Source: an uncultured bacterium (lineage in GTDB: Bacteria; Hydrothermota; Tepidihabitantia; CAYHGV01). Taken from it: 64,000 nucleotides of DNA. A model generated the notes under the pieces. It searched no databases. It was not told the origin of the DNA and saw nothing but the letters and a program-made list of their open reading frames with translations. Positions within the stretch are counted from its first letter, which is position 1. Each line of letters opens with the position of its first letter. A program made the position numbers and the translations under genes. Shown in pieces: positions 25,799 to 35,206 of the stretch. The stretch spans positions 8,179 to 72,178 of the forward strand of contig CAYHGV010000001.1 of assembly GCA_964356135.1 (NCBI GenBank), read 5' to 3'.

Positions 25799-26827
25799 AT
25801 GGTTTACTGGTGGCAACAGGTAGCAGATGAATCAACGACCGAGACCATGAAGCACCGGGAAAAGAAGAACGAACCAGTGGCTTCGGAAGATGAGGCGGCA
25901 GTGCTCGATGCCTATTCACAGGTCGTGGTCGGGGTAGCCGAAAAGCTCAGCCCGGCGGTGGTGCATATCAATGTTAGCCAGCGCGACCGGGAACAGCGGG
26001 GAAGCGGTTCGGGGCTGATTGTTACACCCGACGGCTATGTGCTCACCAACCGGCATGTGGTTCATAACGCAAAAATCATCGAGGTCAATCTTAACGACGG
26101 CCGGGCATTTCCCGCCGAGCTGGTAGGCGAAGACGCCGCAACCGACGTCGCGGTGATCAGAAGTTCAGGTTCCGACCTTCCTGTCGGCAAACTGGGTGAT
26201 TCACAGACTTTAAGGGTTGGACAGCTGGTGGTGGCAATTGGTAATCCGCTGGGATTCCAGTGCACGGTAACCGCCGGGGTGATTAGTGCCGTCGGGCGTT
26301 CGATGCGCACCGAATCCGGTCGTCTGATTGAAAATATTATTCAGACCGATGCGGCGCTCAATCCGGGCAGTTCGGGAGGACCCTTGGTGAATTCACAAGG
26401 GTTGGTGATCGGAATCAACACGGCAATCATCTACCCGGCGCAAGGTCTCTGCTTTGCCATTCCGGTTAACACGGTCAAACGGGTGGCAGGGATGCTGATC
26501 ACCGTGGGCAAGGTCAGACGCGGCTACCTGGGTATCACCGCGCAGGTCGTTTCGCTTCATCCCCGCATCATCCGGGCATTGGAGCTCGCGCAGGCAGGCG
26601 GTATCGGGGTAGGGGATGTGGTCAGAGAGAGTGCGGCAGACCGAGCCGGTCTTCAGTCACGGGATATTATTTTGAAAATTGGCGGCAATCCGATTGCGAG
26701 TGTCGACGACCTGTACCGGTTTTTGGATGAACATCCAGTCGGCGAGCGTTACGAGATGGTCGTTCTGCGGAGTGGGTCGGTGAAGACACTCGTCGTCCAA
26801 CCGGACGAGGCGCCGACTTCGGAGTAA
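25799..26827 (+). CDS. HtrA/DegP-family trypsin-like serine protease with a PDZ domain.
   Basis: The catalytic triad appears in the contexts TNRHVV, ATDVAV and GSSGGPL. The PDZ-like domain reads GIGVGDV...ILKIGGNPI. GGAGG sits upstream of the ATG at 25799; the ORF track starts at TTG 25763. Confidence 0.8.
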   Translation: MVYWWQQVADESTTETMKHREKKNEPVASEDEAAVLDAYSQVVVGVAEKLSPAVVHINVSQRDREQRGSGSGLIVTPDGYVLTNRHVVHNAKIIEVNLNDGRAFPAELVGEDAATDVAVIRSSGSDLPVGKLGDSQTLRVGQLVVAIGNPLGFQCTVTAGVISAVGRSMRTESGRLIENIIQTDAALNPGSSGGPLVNSQGLVIGINTAIIYPAQGLCFAIPVNTVKRVAGMLITVGKVRRGYLGITAQVVSLHPRIIRALELAQAGGIGVGDVVRESAADRAGLQSRDIILKIGGNPIASVDDLYRFLDEHPVGERYEMVVLRSGSVKTLVVQPDEAPTSE

Positions 26828-26866
26828 AGAGTGGACAATTATACTATAAAGAGGAGGGGGTTATAA

Positions 26867-28621
26867 ATGAAGGATCGAAACCTGGTTATCAAGGTTTTCA
26901 TGGTGATATTTTTTATTGCGGGGGGTTCTTTTATCTACGCCGCCAGACGAAGCGACGAGCGGCCGGTCAGATTTGCGATTATCGGCGACCGAACCGGCAG
27001 TCATGTATCAGGAATTTACGAACAGATCATCGCCGAGGTCGAACGGCTGAAACCGGATTTTGTTATCACGGTCGGCGATATGATCGAAGGCTACACCGGC
27101 GATACGGTTGAGCTCGGTCGGCAGTGGAGAGAATATAAATCACTCGTCGCTCCGCTGACGATGCCTATCCATTTAACGCCGGGCAATCACGATATTACAA
27201 CCGACTCGGCACTTTCTTCCTATCAGCAGTATGCCGGCAAACCGTATTATTCATTTGATTACGGTACTCTCCATTTGATTGTTCTCGATGTCAGCCGTTG
27301 GGAGGCGAGTGATTCTCTCCCTGGAAAACAGCTGGAGTGGCTGATAACGGATCTGAAAAATAATCGACGAGCTACCTCTACCTTTGTTTTTTTTCACAAG
27401 CCTTTCTGGTTCGGAACGGTTGCCAATAACCAACCGGATACTCTGCACAGTTTATTTCGAAATTTCGGCGTCGATGCGGTGTTTAACGGCCATGTCCATA
27501 GCTATTTCAGCGGAAACTATGAGGGTATCGTCTATACCGCAGTGGGGAGTTCAGGCGGAGGCGCCGATCCCGGCATAACCGGTGTGCAGTACCATTTTAC
27601 CTGGGTAACGGTCGATAAGGATGGTATTTCGATTGCACCGATAAAGATCGGCAGCGTCTTATCCTGGGATGAGGTGACCGCAGCCGATATAAAAACGGTT
27701 AATAGAATCTATCTTACCGGAGTAGACTTTTCAAAATCGGTGCCGGTGGATGAAGATCTTATGCTGGGAGACACTACGGTTGCTTTAAAATTGAGAAATC
27801 TCAGTACGGAGATTGGAATTGAGGATACGGTGCACTGGGAAGTTCCGACGGGCTGGGCGGTGGAGCCAAATATTGTCCCGGTAAAAATCGAGCCGGGCGA
27901 CAGCAGCGAGATGAGATTTCGGGTAAAAAGAACCGGAAGTCTCTATCCGACACCGACGCTTGCAGTTCGTCTGCCCTATGCACAGGGTAAAAAATACGAG
28001 ATTAAGAAACCGCTGCCGATTGAGCGTCAAGTGGTATGTCAGCGAGCGAATGTGAAGCCGGTTATTGACGGCACCATAACCGAATCGTTCTGGCAGCATC
28101 CGGTTTCTCTGCTTTTCGCACCCGACGGCAGCCTAAGGAGCATTGATTCGGTCAGTTTTTACTTCGCCTACGATGAGCAGAATCTTTATCTTGCTGTCTA
28201 TTGTCGAGAATCGAAAATCGACTCGGTTGTAGCAAAGGTTACTGAACCGGACGGACCGGTTTATGGCGAAGACTGCGTCGGATATTTCCTCCAGCCAGAC
28301 CCCGGGCAAAGGATTTTCTATCAGATTTATTTTAATCCGTTAGGCACACCGTTCGACATGAAAATAACGATCGACCCGAAAGATCAAATTAATGCCGACC
28401 GAGCCTGGAACGGAAATTACGATGTCAAGACGACCAAAGGCGGCAACTTCTGGAGTATCGAAGCACGGATTCCGCTCGATCAATTCGGTATAATCGCACA
28501 ACCCGGACAGGAATGGAAGCTCAATTTCCGGCGAAAGCAGAAGCGGCTCAACAGTTCGGCCGACTGGCAAGTTCCGATCAGTTATGACCCCAAGCTGTTC
28601 GGGGTTTTGAAAATGAAATAA
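26867..28621 (+). CDS. Calcineurin-like metallophosphoesterase with a C-terminal CBM9-like domain.
   Basis: The phosphoesterase motifs are GDRTG, GDMIEG, GNHD and GHVHSY. The C-terminal VKPVIDGTITESFWQ stretch is typical of the CBM9/DOMON-like fold. There is a membrane anchor or signal peptide. Confidence 0.7.
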   Translation: MKDRNLVIKVFMVIFFIAGGSFIYAARRSDERPVRFAIIGDRTGSHVSGIYEQIIAEVERLKPDFVITVGDMIEGYTGDTVELGRQWREYKSLVAPLTMPIHLTPGNHDITTDSALSSYQQYAGKPYYSFDYGTLHLIVLDVSRWEASDSLPGKQLEWLITDLKNNRRATSTFVFFHKPFWFGTVANNQPDTLHSLFRNFGVDAVFNGHVHSYFSGNYEGIVYTAVGSSGGGADPGITGVQYHFTWVTVDKDGISIAPIKIGSVLSWDEVTAADIKTVNRIYLTGVDFSKSVPVDEDLMLGDTTVALKLRNLSTEIGIEDTVHWEVPTGWAVEPNIVPVKIEPGDSSEMRFRVKRTGSLYPTPTLAVRLPYAQGKKYEIKKPLPIERQVVCQRANVKPVIDGTITESFWQHPVSLLFAPDGSLRSIDSVSFYFAYDEQNLYLAVYCRESKIDSVVAKVTEPDGPVYGEDCVGYFLQPDPGQRIFYQIYFNPLGTPFDMKITIDPKDQINADRAWNGNYDVKTTKGGNFWSIEARIPLDQFGIIAQPGQEWKLNFRRKQKRLNSSADWQVPISYDPKLFGVLKMK

Positions 28622-28649
28622 AAACCGGGAGGGTAGCTTTCATACGAAG

Positions 28650-29552
28650 ATGAAACTCTCGGGCGTGCATCTCCTTGTGACCTACCGGTGTGACCTTGAG
28701 TGCGACCACTGTTTTGTTTTTGGTAGCCCCGGGCAGAGCGGCACGATGACGCTTGACCAGATCCGACAAATGCTGGGGCAGGCTAAAAAATTGGGAACGG
28801 TCGAATGGATTTACTTTGAAGGCGGCGAGCCTTTTCTTTTTTATCCGGTTATGCTCCGGGGAGTGGAAGAAGCCGCCCGCTTAGGTTTTAAAGTCGGAAT
28901 CGTTTCGGATTGTTACTGGGCGACAACGGTGGAGGATTCCCTCGAATGGCTGAAACCTTTTAGTGGATTGATTCATGACCTTGCACTGAGCGGTGATTGG
29001 TATCACGGGAATGAAGAGCCCAAGCCGGAAGTGAAAAACGCTTGTATGGCTGCAGAAAAACTGGGTATACCGGTCGGGGTCATCAGTATTGCTCGGCCGG
29101 AAAGAGGGGCAGCATCGGTGGTTGGGCAGCTGCCTCCGGGCAAATCCCGGGTTATGTACCGGGGACGGGCGGCAGAGAAACTCGTTTGCAGTGCAGTGCT
29201 TCGTCCCTGGACCGAGTTCACCGAATGTCCTTATGAAGACCTGCGCTCTCCAAAGCGGGTGCACATTGACCCGTTTGGAAATCTGCATATCTGCCAGGGG
29301 ATTGTGCTGGGAAATGTATTTGAACAAAGTTTGAGCGAGGTCTGCGCTGCGTATAACGCAGATACGCATCCCATTATCGGGCCGCTGCTTAAAGGCGGAC
29401 CAGCTGAGCTGGTGCGTTTGAATGGATTGGGTCACGAAGAAAAACATGCTGATGCCTGTCATTTGTGCTATGAAGCGCGCCGGATTTTACGGAGTCGATT
29501 CCCCGAAATCCTCAAACCCGACCAGATGTATGGGGTCACGGAACAACAGTGA
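28650..29552 (+). CDS. Radical SAM protein with an N-terminal CDLECDHC (Cx3Cx2C) motif and extra C-terminal cysteines.
   Basis: YRCDLECDHC at residues 13-21, plus further Cys residues (CPYE, CQG, CHLCYE) that could be an auxiliary cluster. Confidence 0.65.
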   Translation: MKLSGVHLLVTYRCDLECDHCFVFGSPGQSGTMTLDQIRQMLGQAKKLGTVEWIYFEGGEPFLFYPVMLRGVEEAARLGFKVGIVSDCYWATTVEDSLEWLKPFSGLIHDLALSGDWYHGNEEPKPEVKNACMAAEKLGIPVGVISIARPERGAASVVGQLPPGKSRVMYRGRAAEKLVCSAVLRPWTEFTECPYEDLRSPKRVHIDPFGNLHICQGIVLGNVFEQSLSEVCAAYNADTHPIIGPLLKGGPAELVRLNGLGHEEKHADACHLCYEARRILRSRFPEILKPDQMYGVTEQQ

Positions 29553-29577
29553 GATGGTTCAACGGACTTGACAAAAT

Positions 29578-29606
29578 TAAAAATTGTTTTATATTTCTGA
29601 CATGCA
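29578..29606 (+). promoter_or_regulatory. Sigma70-like promoter (TTGACA, 16-17 nt, TATATT) upstream of the nuoE-like gene.
   Basis: Read directly: cTTGACAaaattaaaaattgtttTATATTtc. Two direct CGGTTAAT repeats follow at about 29640 and 29690. Confidence 0.5.
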
Positions 29607-29674
29607 GAATCCTGATTACGTCTTAAAAATTCGATGCCGGTTAATCGACTTCGAGTTACATAAACTAAAGGTCA

Positions 29675-30151
29675 TTGTTGGACGCATCGGTTAATATATC
29701 CCAGATCAGGGAATTAGAAAAAACCCTCGGTAAATACAAAAACCCGAGTTCGAGTATTATTCAGATATTACAGGATATTCAGGCGGAATACAATTATCTA
29801 CCTCTCGAAGGATTAGAGTATCTTAGTTGGAAATTGCACATTCCGTTAAGCCATATTTACAGCATCGCTACTTTCTATTCCGCATTCAGCCTCAAACCGA
29901 AAGGTAAGCACATTTGCACGATATGCATGGGAACCGCCTGCCATGTCCGCGGTGCGCCGACAATCCTGAATGAATTTGAACGTCGCCTCGGCATTACCGC
30001 CGGTGAGAATACCGCGGATATGGAATATACCCTGGAAACCGTCAACTGCCTCGGCTGCTGTGCAGTCGGACCGATTGTGGTCTTTGACGGGACCTATCAC
30101 GGCGAATTCGAGCTCAAAGATGTGCCGCGGTTGTTAAAGGGTGAGCGATGA
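29675..30151 (+). CDS. NuoE/HoxE/HndA-like thioredoxin-fold 2Fe-2S subunit.
   Basis: CTICMGTAC...CLGCCAVGP cysteine pattern of the 24-kDa subunit family. Confidence 0.85.
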   Translation: MLDASVNISQIRELEKTLGKYKNPSSSIIQILQDIQAEYNYLPLEGLEYLSWKLHIPLSHIYSIATFYSAFSLKPKGKHICTICMGTACHVRGAPTILNEFERRLGITAGENTADMEYTLETVNCLGCCAVGPIVVFDGTYHGEFELKDVPRLLKGER

Positions 30152-31959
30152 AACCGACACTCATCATCTCGGCCGGAACCTGCGGATTGGCACGCGGGGC
30201 AGGGGCGATTGTCAAAACCGCCCGGAGTTACCAGCGAGAGAAACGACTAACCGATAAATTCAGCATTAAAATCACCGGCTGTCACGGCCTGTGCGAAGCG
30301 GAACCAAACATTGTCGCGGTCGTAGACAAGAAAAAAATATTCTACCAGAAGTTAAAGCCGGATGATGTAAAAGAGATTATCGATGCGACCATGCTCGAGG
30401 GTAAGATCGTCGAGCGATTGCTGTACCGTGACCCAAAGACCGACACAAGCTATACCGAGATTGACGAGGTGCCGTTTTATCGGAAACAGAAACGGCTCTT
30501 ACTCGGCAACAATCTCTGGGTTGACCCGAAATCAATCGGCGATTATCTTGCGATCGACGGCTATCAGGGTTTGAAAAAGGTGCTGAACGGGCTCGCACCG
30601 GAAGCGGTGATCACGCTGATAAAAGATTCGGGTTTGCGCGGTCGGGGCGGAGCGGGCTTTCCCGCCGGGAAAAAATGGGAGCTGTGCCGTCAGGCACGAT
30701 CGGATATAAAATATATTATCTGTAATGCGGATGAAGGAGACCCGGGTGCGTACATGGACCGGAGTCTGCTCGAAGGTAATCCGCACAGCGTGATCGAAGG
30801 CATGATTATCGGCGGCTATGCAATCGGTGCCGGCGAAGGCATTATCTATGTCCGCAACGAGTATCCGCTGGCGGTAGAGAATGTTGGCCAGGCGCTTGAG
30901 CAGGCATACAAAAAGGGATTTTTGGGTAAGAATATTCTGAAGAGTAAATTTAGTTTCGATATCCGGGTGGTGCGGGGGGCGGGTGCCTTCGTGTGCGGCG
31001 AGGAAACGGCACTGATCGCTTCGATTGAAGGGTCGGTCGGCAGACCGAGGCCGCGGCCGCCGTATCCGGTGGAGAAGGGTTTGTGGAACAAGCCGACGAA
31101 TAACAATAACGTCGAAACCTGGGCGAATGTACCGCTGATCGTCAACCAGGGTAATGATTGGTATCGTCAGATCGGAACCGCGGGAAGCAAAGGAACAAAG
31201 ATATTTTCGCTCGTCGGTAAGATCAGAAATACCGGTCTGGTTGAGGTGCCGATGGGGATTACGCTCCGAGAGATAATTTACGATGTCGGCGGCGGGATTC
31301 CGGGCGATAAAGAGTTCAAAGCGGTCCAGACCGGCGGGCCGTCGGGCGGTTGTATTTCGAAGGATTTTCTCGACCTGCCGATCGATTACGAAAGCCTGGC
31401 GGCAGCGGGTTCGATCATGGGGTCAGGGGGAATGATCGTGATGGATAACGAAACCTGCATGGTCGATGTCGCACGATACTTTTTGAATTTCACCCAGCAG
31501 GAATCATGCGGCAAATGTCCGCCCTGCCGCCTCGGAACCAAGCAGATGGTCGAGGTTCTCAATCGAATTACCGGCGGCAGCGGGAAGGCGGGCGATATCG
31601 AGATTTTGGAGGAGATGGGAATGAATATCAAGGAAGCGTCGCTCTGCGGCTTGGGCCAGACCGCACCCAATCCGGCATTGACCACCATCCGTTATTTCCG
31701 GGATGAGTATGCCGCCCATATCGAAGAGAAGCGCTGTCCGGCGCTGGTCTGCAAAAACTTGATTTCGTATGTCGTTATACCCGAGCGCTGCACCGGCTGC
31801 GTCGTCTGCGCCAAGAATTGTCCGACCGGTGCGATCGTCGGTGAACCGAAAAAGATCTATGCCATCCACCAGGATAAGTGTATCAAGTGTGGGATTTGCA
31901 TCTCGGTCTGCCCGCCGAAATTTCGGGCGGTAGCAAAGGTATCACCGGTAATACAATGA
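30148..31959 (+). CDS. NuoF/HoxF/HndC-like NAD(P)H- and FMN-binding 51-kDa subunit with C-terminal 2x[4Fe-4S] ferredoxin domains.
   Basis: GRGGAGFPAGKKWE; ESCGKCPPCRLG (the N3 cluster); C-terminal CTGCVVCAKNCP and CIKCGICISVCP. Confidence 0.9.
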   Translation: MKPTLIISAGTCGLARGAGAIVKTARSYQREKRLTDKFSIKITGCHGLCEAEPNIVAVVDKKKIFYQKLKPDDVKEIIDATMLEGKIVERLLYRDPKTDTSYTEIDEVPFYRKQKRLLLGNNLWVDPKSIGDYLAIDGYQGLKKVLNGLAPEAVITLIKDSGLRGRGGAGFPAGKKWELCRQARSDIKYIICNADEGDPGAYMDRSLLEGNPHSVIEGMIIGGYAIGAGEGIIYVRNEYPLAVENVGQALEQAYKKGFLGKNILKSKFSFDIRVVRGAGAFVCGEETALIASIEGSVGRPRPRPPYPVEKGLWNKPTNNNNVETWANVPLIVNQGNDWYRQIGTAGSKGTKIFSLVGKIRNTGLVEVPMGITLREIIYDVGGGIPGDKEFKAVQTGGPSGGCISKDFLDLPIDYESLAAAGSIMGSGGMIVMDNETCMVDVARYFLNFTQQESCGKCPPCRLGTKQMVEVLNRITGGSGKAGDIEILEEMGMNIKEASLCGLGQTAPNPALTTIRYFRDEYAAHIEEKRCPALVCKNLISYVVIPERCTGCVVCAKNCPTGAIVGEPKKIYAIHQDKCIKCGICISVCPPKFRAVAKVSPVIQ

Positions 31960-32094
31960 TTACTATAAATTCTAAATTCGAAGTTCGAAATTCGAAACAA
32001 GCACGCATAATCAAAATACAAAATTCAAAACTGCACTATTCAAATTTTGAGCACTTAGAATTTGGGTATTGTTCTGAATTGAACAGAGCGAGAA

Positions 32095-34266
32095 ATGGTT
32101 ACATTAAAAATTGACGATAAAGAGATAACCGCCCAGACTGGCGAGACGGTTTTAGCGGTCTGCGAGCGGGAAGGTATCTATATACCGAAGCTCTGCTATC
32201 ATAAAGAACTCGAACCCTACGGCGGCTGTCGGCTGTGCCTGGTGGAAGTGGCGGGGATGAAGAATCCGTTAGCGGCCTGCACCCTTTTTGTTCGAGATGG
32301 AATGGTGATAAAAACCGATACCCCCGAGCTTAAGCGGCTGCGCACGTTCAGTTTACAATTGATTTTATCCGAGCATCCCCATGCCTGCCTCGTCTGTACC
32401 AAAAAGGATGAGTGCGCTCAGTACCAGGAATGTATCCAGAAGTCGGCAGTCACCGTCGGATGTAAATTCTGCACCCGGAACGGCAACTGCGAATTGCAGA
32501 AATTAGTGGAGTATTTGGGCATTAAAGAAATTTCGGTTGCGGTCAGCTACCGCGGTCTCGGGGTTGAACGGTCAGACCCGTTCTTTGACCGGGACTACAA
32601 CCTCTGTATTCTCTGCGGCCGCTGTGTGCGGATGTGCGAGCAAGTGCGAGGGGCGGCAGTCCTGGCCTTCAGCAGTCGGGGTCCGGAAACCCGGGTCGGA
32701 ACCGCGTTCGGGCTCGACCATCTCGATGCCGACTGCCAGTTCTGCGGTGCCTGTGTTGATGTCTGCCCGACCGGTGCCTTGAGCGAGCGGTTCAACCGCT
32801 GGGAAGGGGCTGCGGATAGTTCGGTCAATACTGTCTGTCCTTTGTGCAGTATTGGCTGTGCGATCAATCTTAATATTAAAGAAAAGAAGGCGGTCAGCGT
32901 AACTCCGAATGAAAACCATATCTGTGTGCGGGGACGATTTGGTGTGGTTCCGCTCATCTATCATCCGAAACGGGCGACCACGCCATTATTGAAAAAAGCT
33001 AACCGCATGGTCTCGGTTGGCTGGGACGAGGCTCTCGGTTTTGCCCGAACAACCCTGAATGAAAACAGGGAAAAAACTGGCATCATCGTATCACCCCAGG
33101 TGACGGCGGAAACAATTGATGGACTTGTGAGACTGGCGCAGACGCTCGGCTGTGCAATAGCTTCTACCGGCACGAGTCACGGTACTCCGCTCCGGGTCGA
33201 ACAACTGGACCGGGATGGTGTTTATCTTTGTGTCAATACCGACATGGTCAGTGATTACTCGGTGCTCTGGTTGCAACTTCGGCACAAAGGCGGAAACCCG
33301 AAACTGGTCGTGATCGATTCGGTCGCGAACCGGAGTGCAAAGAAAGCCGACCTCTGGTTACGGCCGAAACCCGGCCAGGCAGCGGTGCTGGTCGAGTTGA
33401 TCATGAGCCGGCAAGAGAAGGTCAATAAAACCGGGGTGGCAAAAACCGATATTGAACGAGCCAAAAAATTGTTAGCCGGAAAAAAAATCTATCTCGTCAG
33501 TGATCCCGAGACGGCAGCCGGGATCAAGCTGCCAAAAACGGTTGAGCGTGTTTCCCTGGTCAGCCACATTAACGCATTTAAGATCGAACAGTCCGGCATC
33601 ACGGCGACGGTTGATGAACTGTTGAACAACCGGTCGATCAACTGTCTCTACGTGGTGGGAGGGATGCCGAAACTGAGACGACCGTACCCGACGGTCATTG
33701 TTCAGGACCTGTTTCCCGACGCCGGCCAGTGTGATCTGTTTCTGCCGGCGGCAAGCTTTGCCGAAGTGAACGGCAGTTTCGTCGATATGACCGGTGGGTC
33801 AAAAAAGCTCAGCCCGGCGATTGACCCGAGAGGTAACGTCAAGCCGGACGACTGGATAGTTAATGAAATCGCCAAGGGGCTCGGCACCAAACCGACTGAG
33901 ACCCGCATCGAAAAAAAGAAACGGACTACCCAGGCTGCACCGGTGGCGATTAAGCCCACGAAGAAATTTCCCTTTTATCTTGTGGTTCGGCCCAATGCGT
34001 ATAGCTATCGGAACCGACCGCTCGCTTCTCTGCTTCGAGGGTTTTCCCGGCTCCGTAACGATGACCGGCTCTGGATGAGCCCCAGGGATGCAAAAAAACT
34101 GGGCGTCAAGGATGGAGACCGGGTGACGGTCGAGAACGGTACTCTTAATTGCGTGCTGCCGGTAAAAATAACTGATGCGGTTTTGGAAGGAATGCTCCGT
34201 GCCGGCGAAGATGTAACGCTGGGGCTGACGCATGACGCAGCGGTGAGGGTGAAATGTATCGGGTGA
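32095..34266 (+). CDS. NuoG-like subunit. It has an N-terminal 2Fe-2S site, a His-ligated 4Fe-4S site and further 4Fe-4S sites, followed by a molybdopterin-oxidoreductase-like domain with no Cys or Sec at the active-site position.
   Basis: The iron-sulfur motifs are CYHKELEPYGGCRLC, HPHACLVCTKKDEC, CILCGRCVRMC, CQFCGACVDVCP and CPLCSIGCAINLN...CVRGRF. No [FeFe] H-cluster motifs are present. The position of the FdsA active-site Cys reads TSHG here. Confidence 0.75.
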   Translation: MVTLKIDDKEITAQTGETVLAVCEREGIYIPKLCYHKELEPYGGCRLCLVEVAGMKNPLAACTLFVRDGMVIKTDTPELKRLRTFSLQLILSEHPHACLVCTKKDECAQYQECIQKSAVTVGCKFCTRNGNCELQKLVEYLGIKEISVAVSYRGLGVERSDPFFDRDYNLCILCGRCVRMCEQVRGAAVLAFSSRGPETRVGTAFGLDHLDADCQFCGACVDVCPTGALSERFNRWEGAADSSVNTVCPLCSIGCAINLNIKEKKAVSVTPNENHICVRGRFGVVPLIYHPKRATTPLLKKANRMVSVGWDEALGFARTTLNENREKTGIIVSPQVTAETIDGLVRLAQTLGCAIASTGTSHGTPLRVEQLDRDGVYLCVNTDMVSDYSVLWLQLRHKGGNPKLVVIDSVANRSAKKADLWLRPKPGQAAVLVELIMSRQEKVNKTGVAKTDIERAKKLLAGKKIYLVSDPETAAGIKLPKTVERVSLVSHINAFKIEQSGITATVDELLNNRSINCLYVVGGMPKLRRPYPTVIVQDLFPDAGQCDLFLPAASFAEVNGSFVDMTGGSKKLSPAIDPRGNVKPDDWIVNEIAKGLGTKPTETRIEKKKRTTQAAPVAIKPTKKFPFYLVVRPNAYSYRNRPLASLLRGFSRLRNDDRLWMSPRDAKKLGVKDGDRVTVENGTLNCVLPVKITDAVLEGMLRAGEDVTLGLTHDAAVRVKCIG

Positions 34267-35078
34267 TCGAACGGCGAGAGCTGGTTCCCAATATCCATCT
34301 TTTGGTTATCGAATCGGGATTTATTCATGCCAATGCCCGGGCGGGTGAGTTCGTGGTGGTGCGGGCAGATGAGCCGGGCGAACGCATTCCCCTTAATCTG
34401 GTCGATTGGAATGATACGAGCGTGAGTACGGTTTTTATGGAGGTTGGAACATCAACCCGCAAGCTCGCCAGTCTCAATCCGGGTGATGCGATTCCGACGC
34501 TGGTCGGTCCGTTGGGTAAACCGACCGAGATTCCCGAGGGGAAGAACATTGTCTGCGTGGGGGGTTGCTACGGGATTGGAGCTCTCGCGCCGGTGGTTCG
34601 TGCTTTCAAAGAGAAAGGGAATCGAGTGAGGACGGTCATTGAAGCGAGAAGCAAATTCCTTCTCTATTGGCAGGACAAGCTGAAAAAATCCAGCGACGAG
34701 TTTTACGAAATTACCCGCGATGGTTCCGCCGGCAGGAAAGGGCATATCGACAGCTTTTTGACCGAGTATCTTTCTCGCGAGCAAACTGATCTGGTCTATG
34801 CCCAGGGCTGTACCTATCTTACCTACCTTGTTTCCGAGACGACCCGGCCGCTGAATGTCAAAACGATCGTCGGCTTGAACCCGGTGATGGTTGATGCTAC
34901 CGGTATGTGCGGGGTCTGCCGGGTGGTTGTTGACGGTCAGTTAAAATTTGCCTGCGTTGACGGTCCGGAATTTAACGGTCATCAGGTTGACTGGCCGAAT
35001 CTGCTTGCCCGGCGGCACACGTATATTGACGAAGAACGGATTTCATTAAGTTTCTACGAGTGTGAGCGCTATGGCTAA
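34254..35078 (+). CDS. NfnA/SudB-like FAD plus 2Fe-2S subunit (PyrK family).
   Basis: C-terminal MCGVCRVVVDGQLKFACVDGPEF cysteine cluster with a ferredoxin-reductase-type FAD/NAD fold. It overlaps the nuoG-like gene by 13 nt. Confidence 0.8.
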   Translation: MYRVIERRELVPNIHLLVIESGFIHANARAGEFVVVRADEPGERIPLNLVDWNDTSVSTVFMEVGTSTRKLASLNPGDAIPTLVGPLGKPTEIPEGKNIVCVGGCYGIGALAPVVRAFKEKGNRVRTVIEARSKFLLYWQDKLKKSSDEFYEITRDGSAGRKGHIDSFLTEYLSREQTDLVYAQGCTYLTYLVSETTRPLNVKTIVGLNPVMVDATGMCGVCRVVVDGQLKFACVDGPEFNGHQVDWPNLLARRHTYIDEERISLSFYECERYG

Positions 35079-35206
35079 GCATACTATAAAAACCACGGAA
35101 TACACTGAAAGCACTGAACAACAGATTCGGATAGTTCATTATTTTCCTTCCGTGTCCGCCATAGATCGTGGCGGATCCGTGGTTACATTATTTGTCCGGG
35201 GACTTG

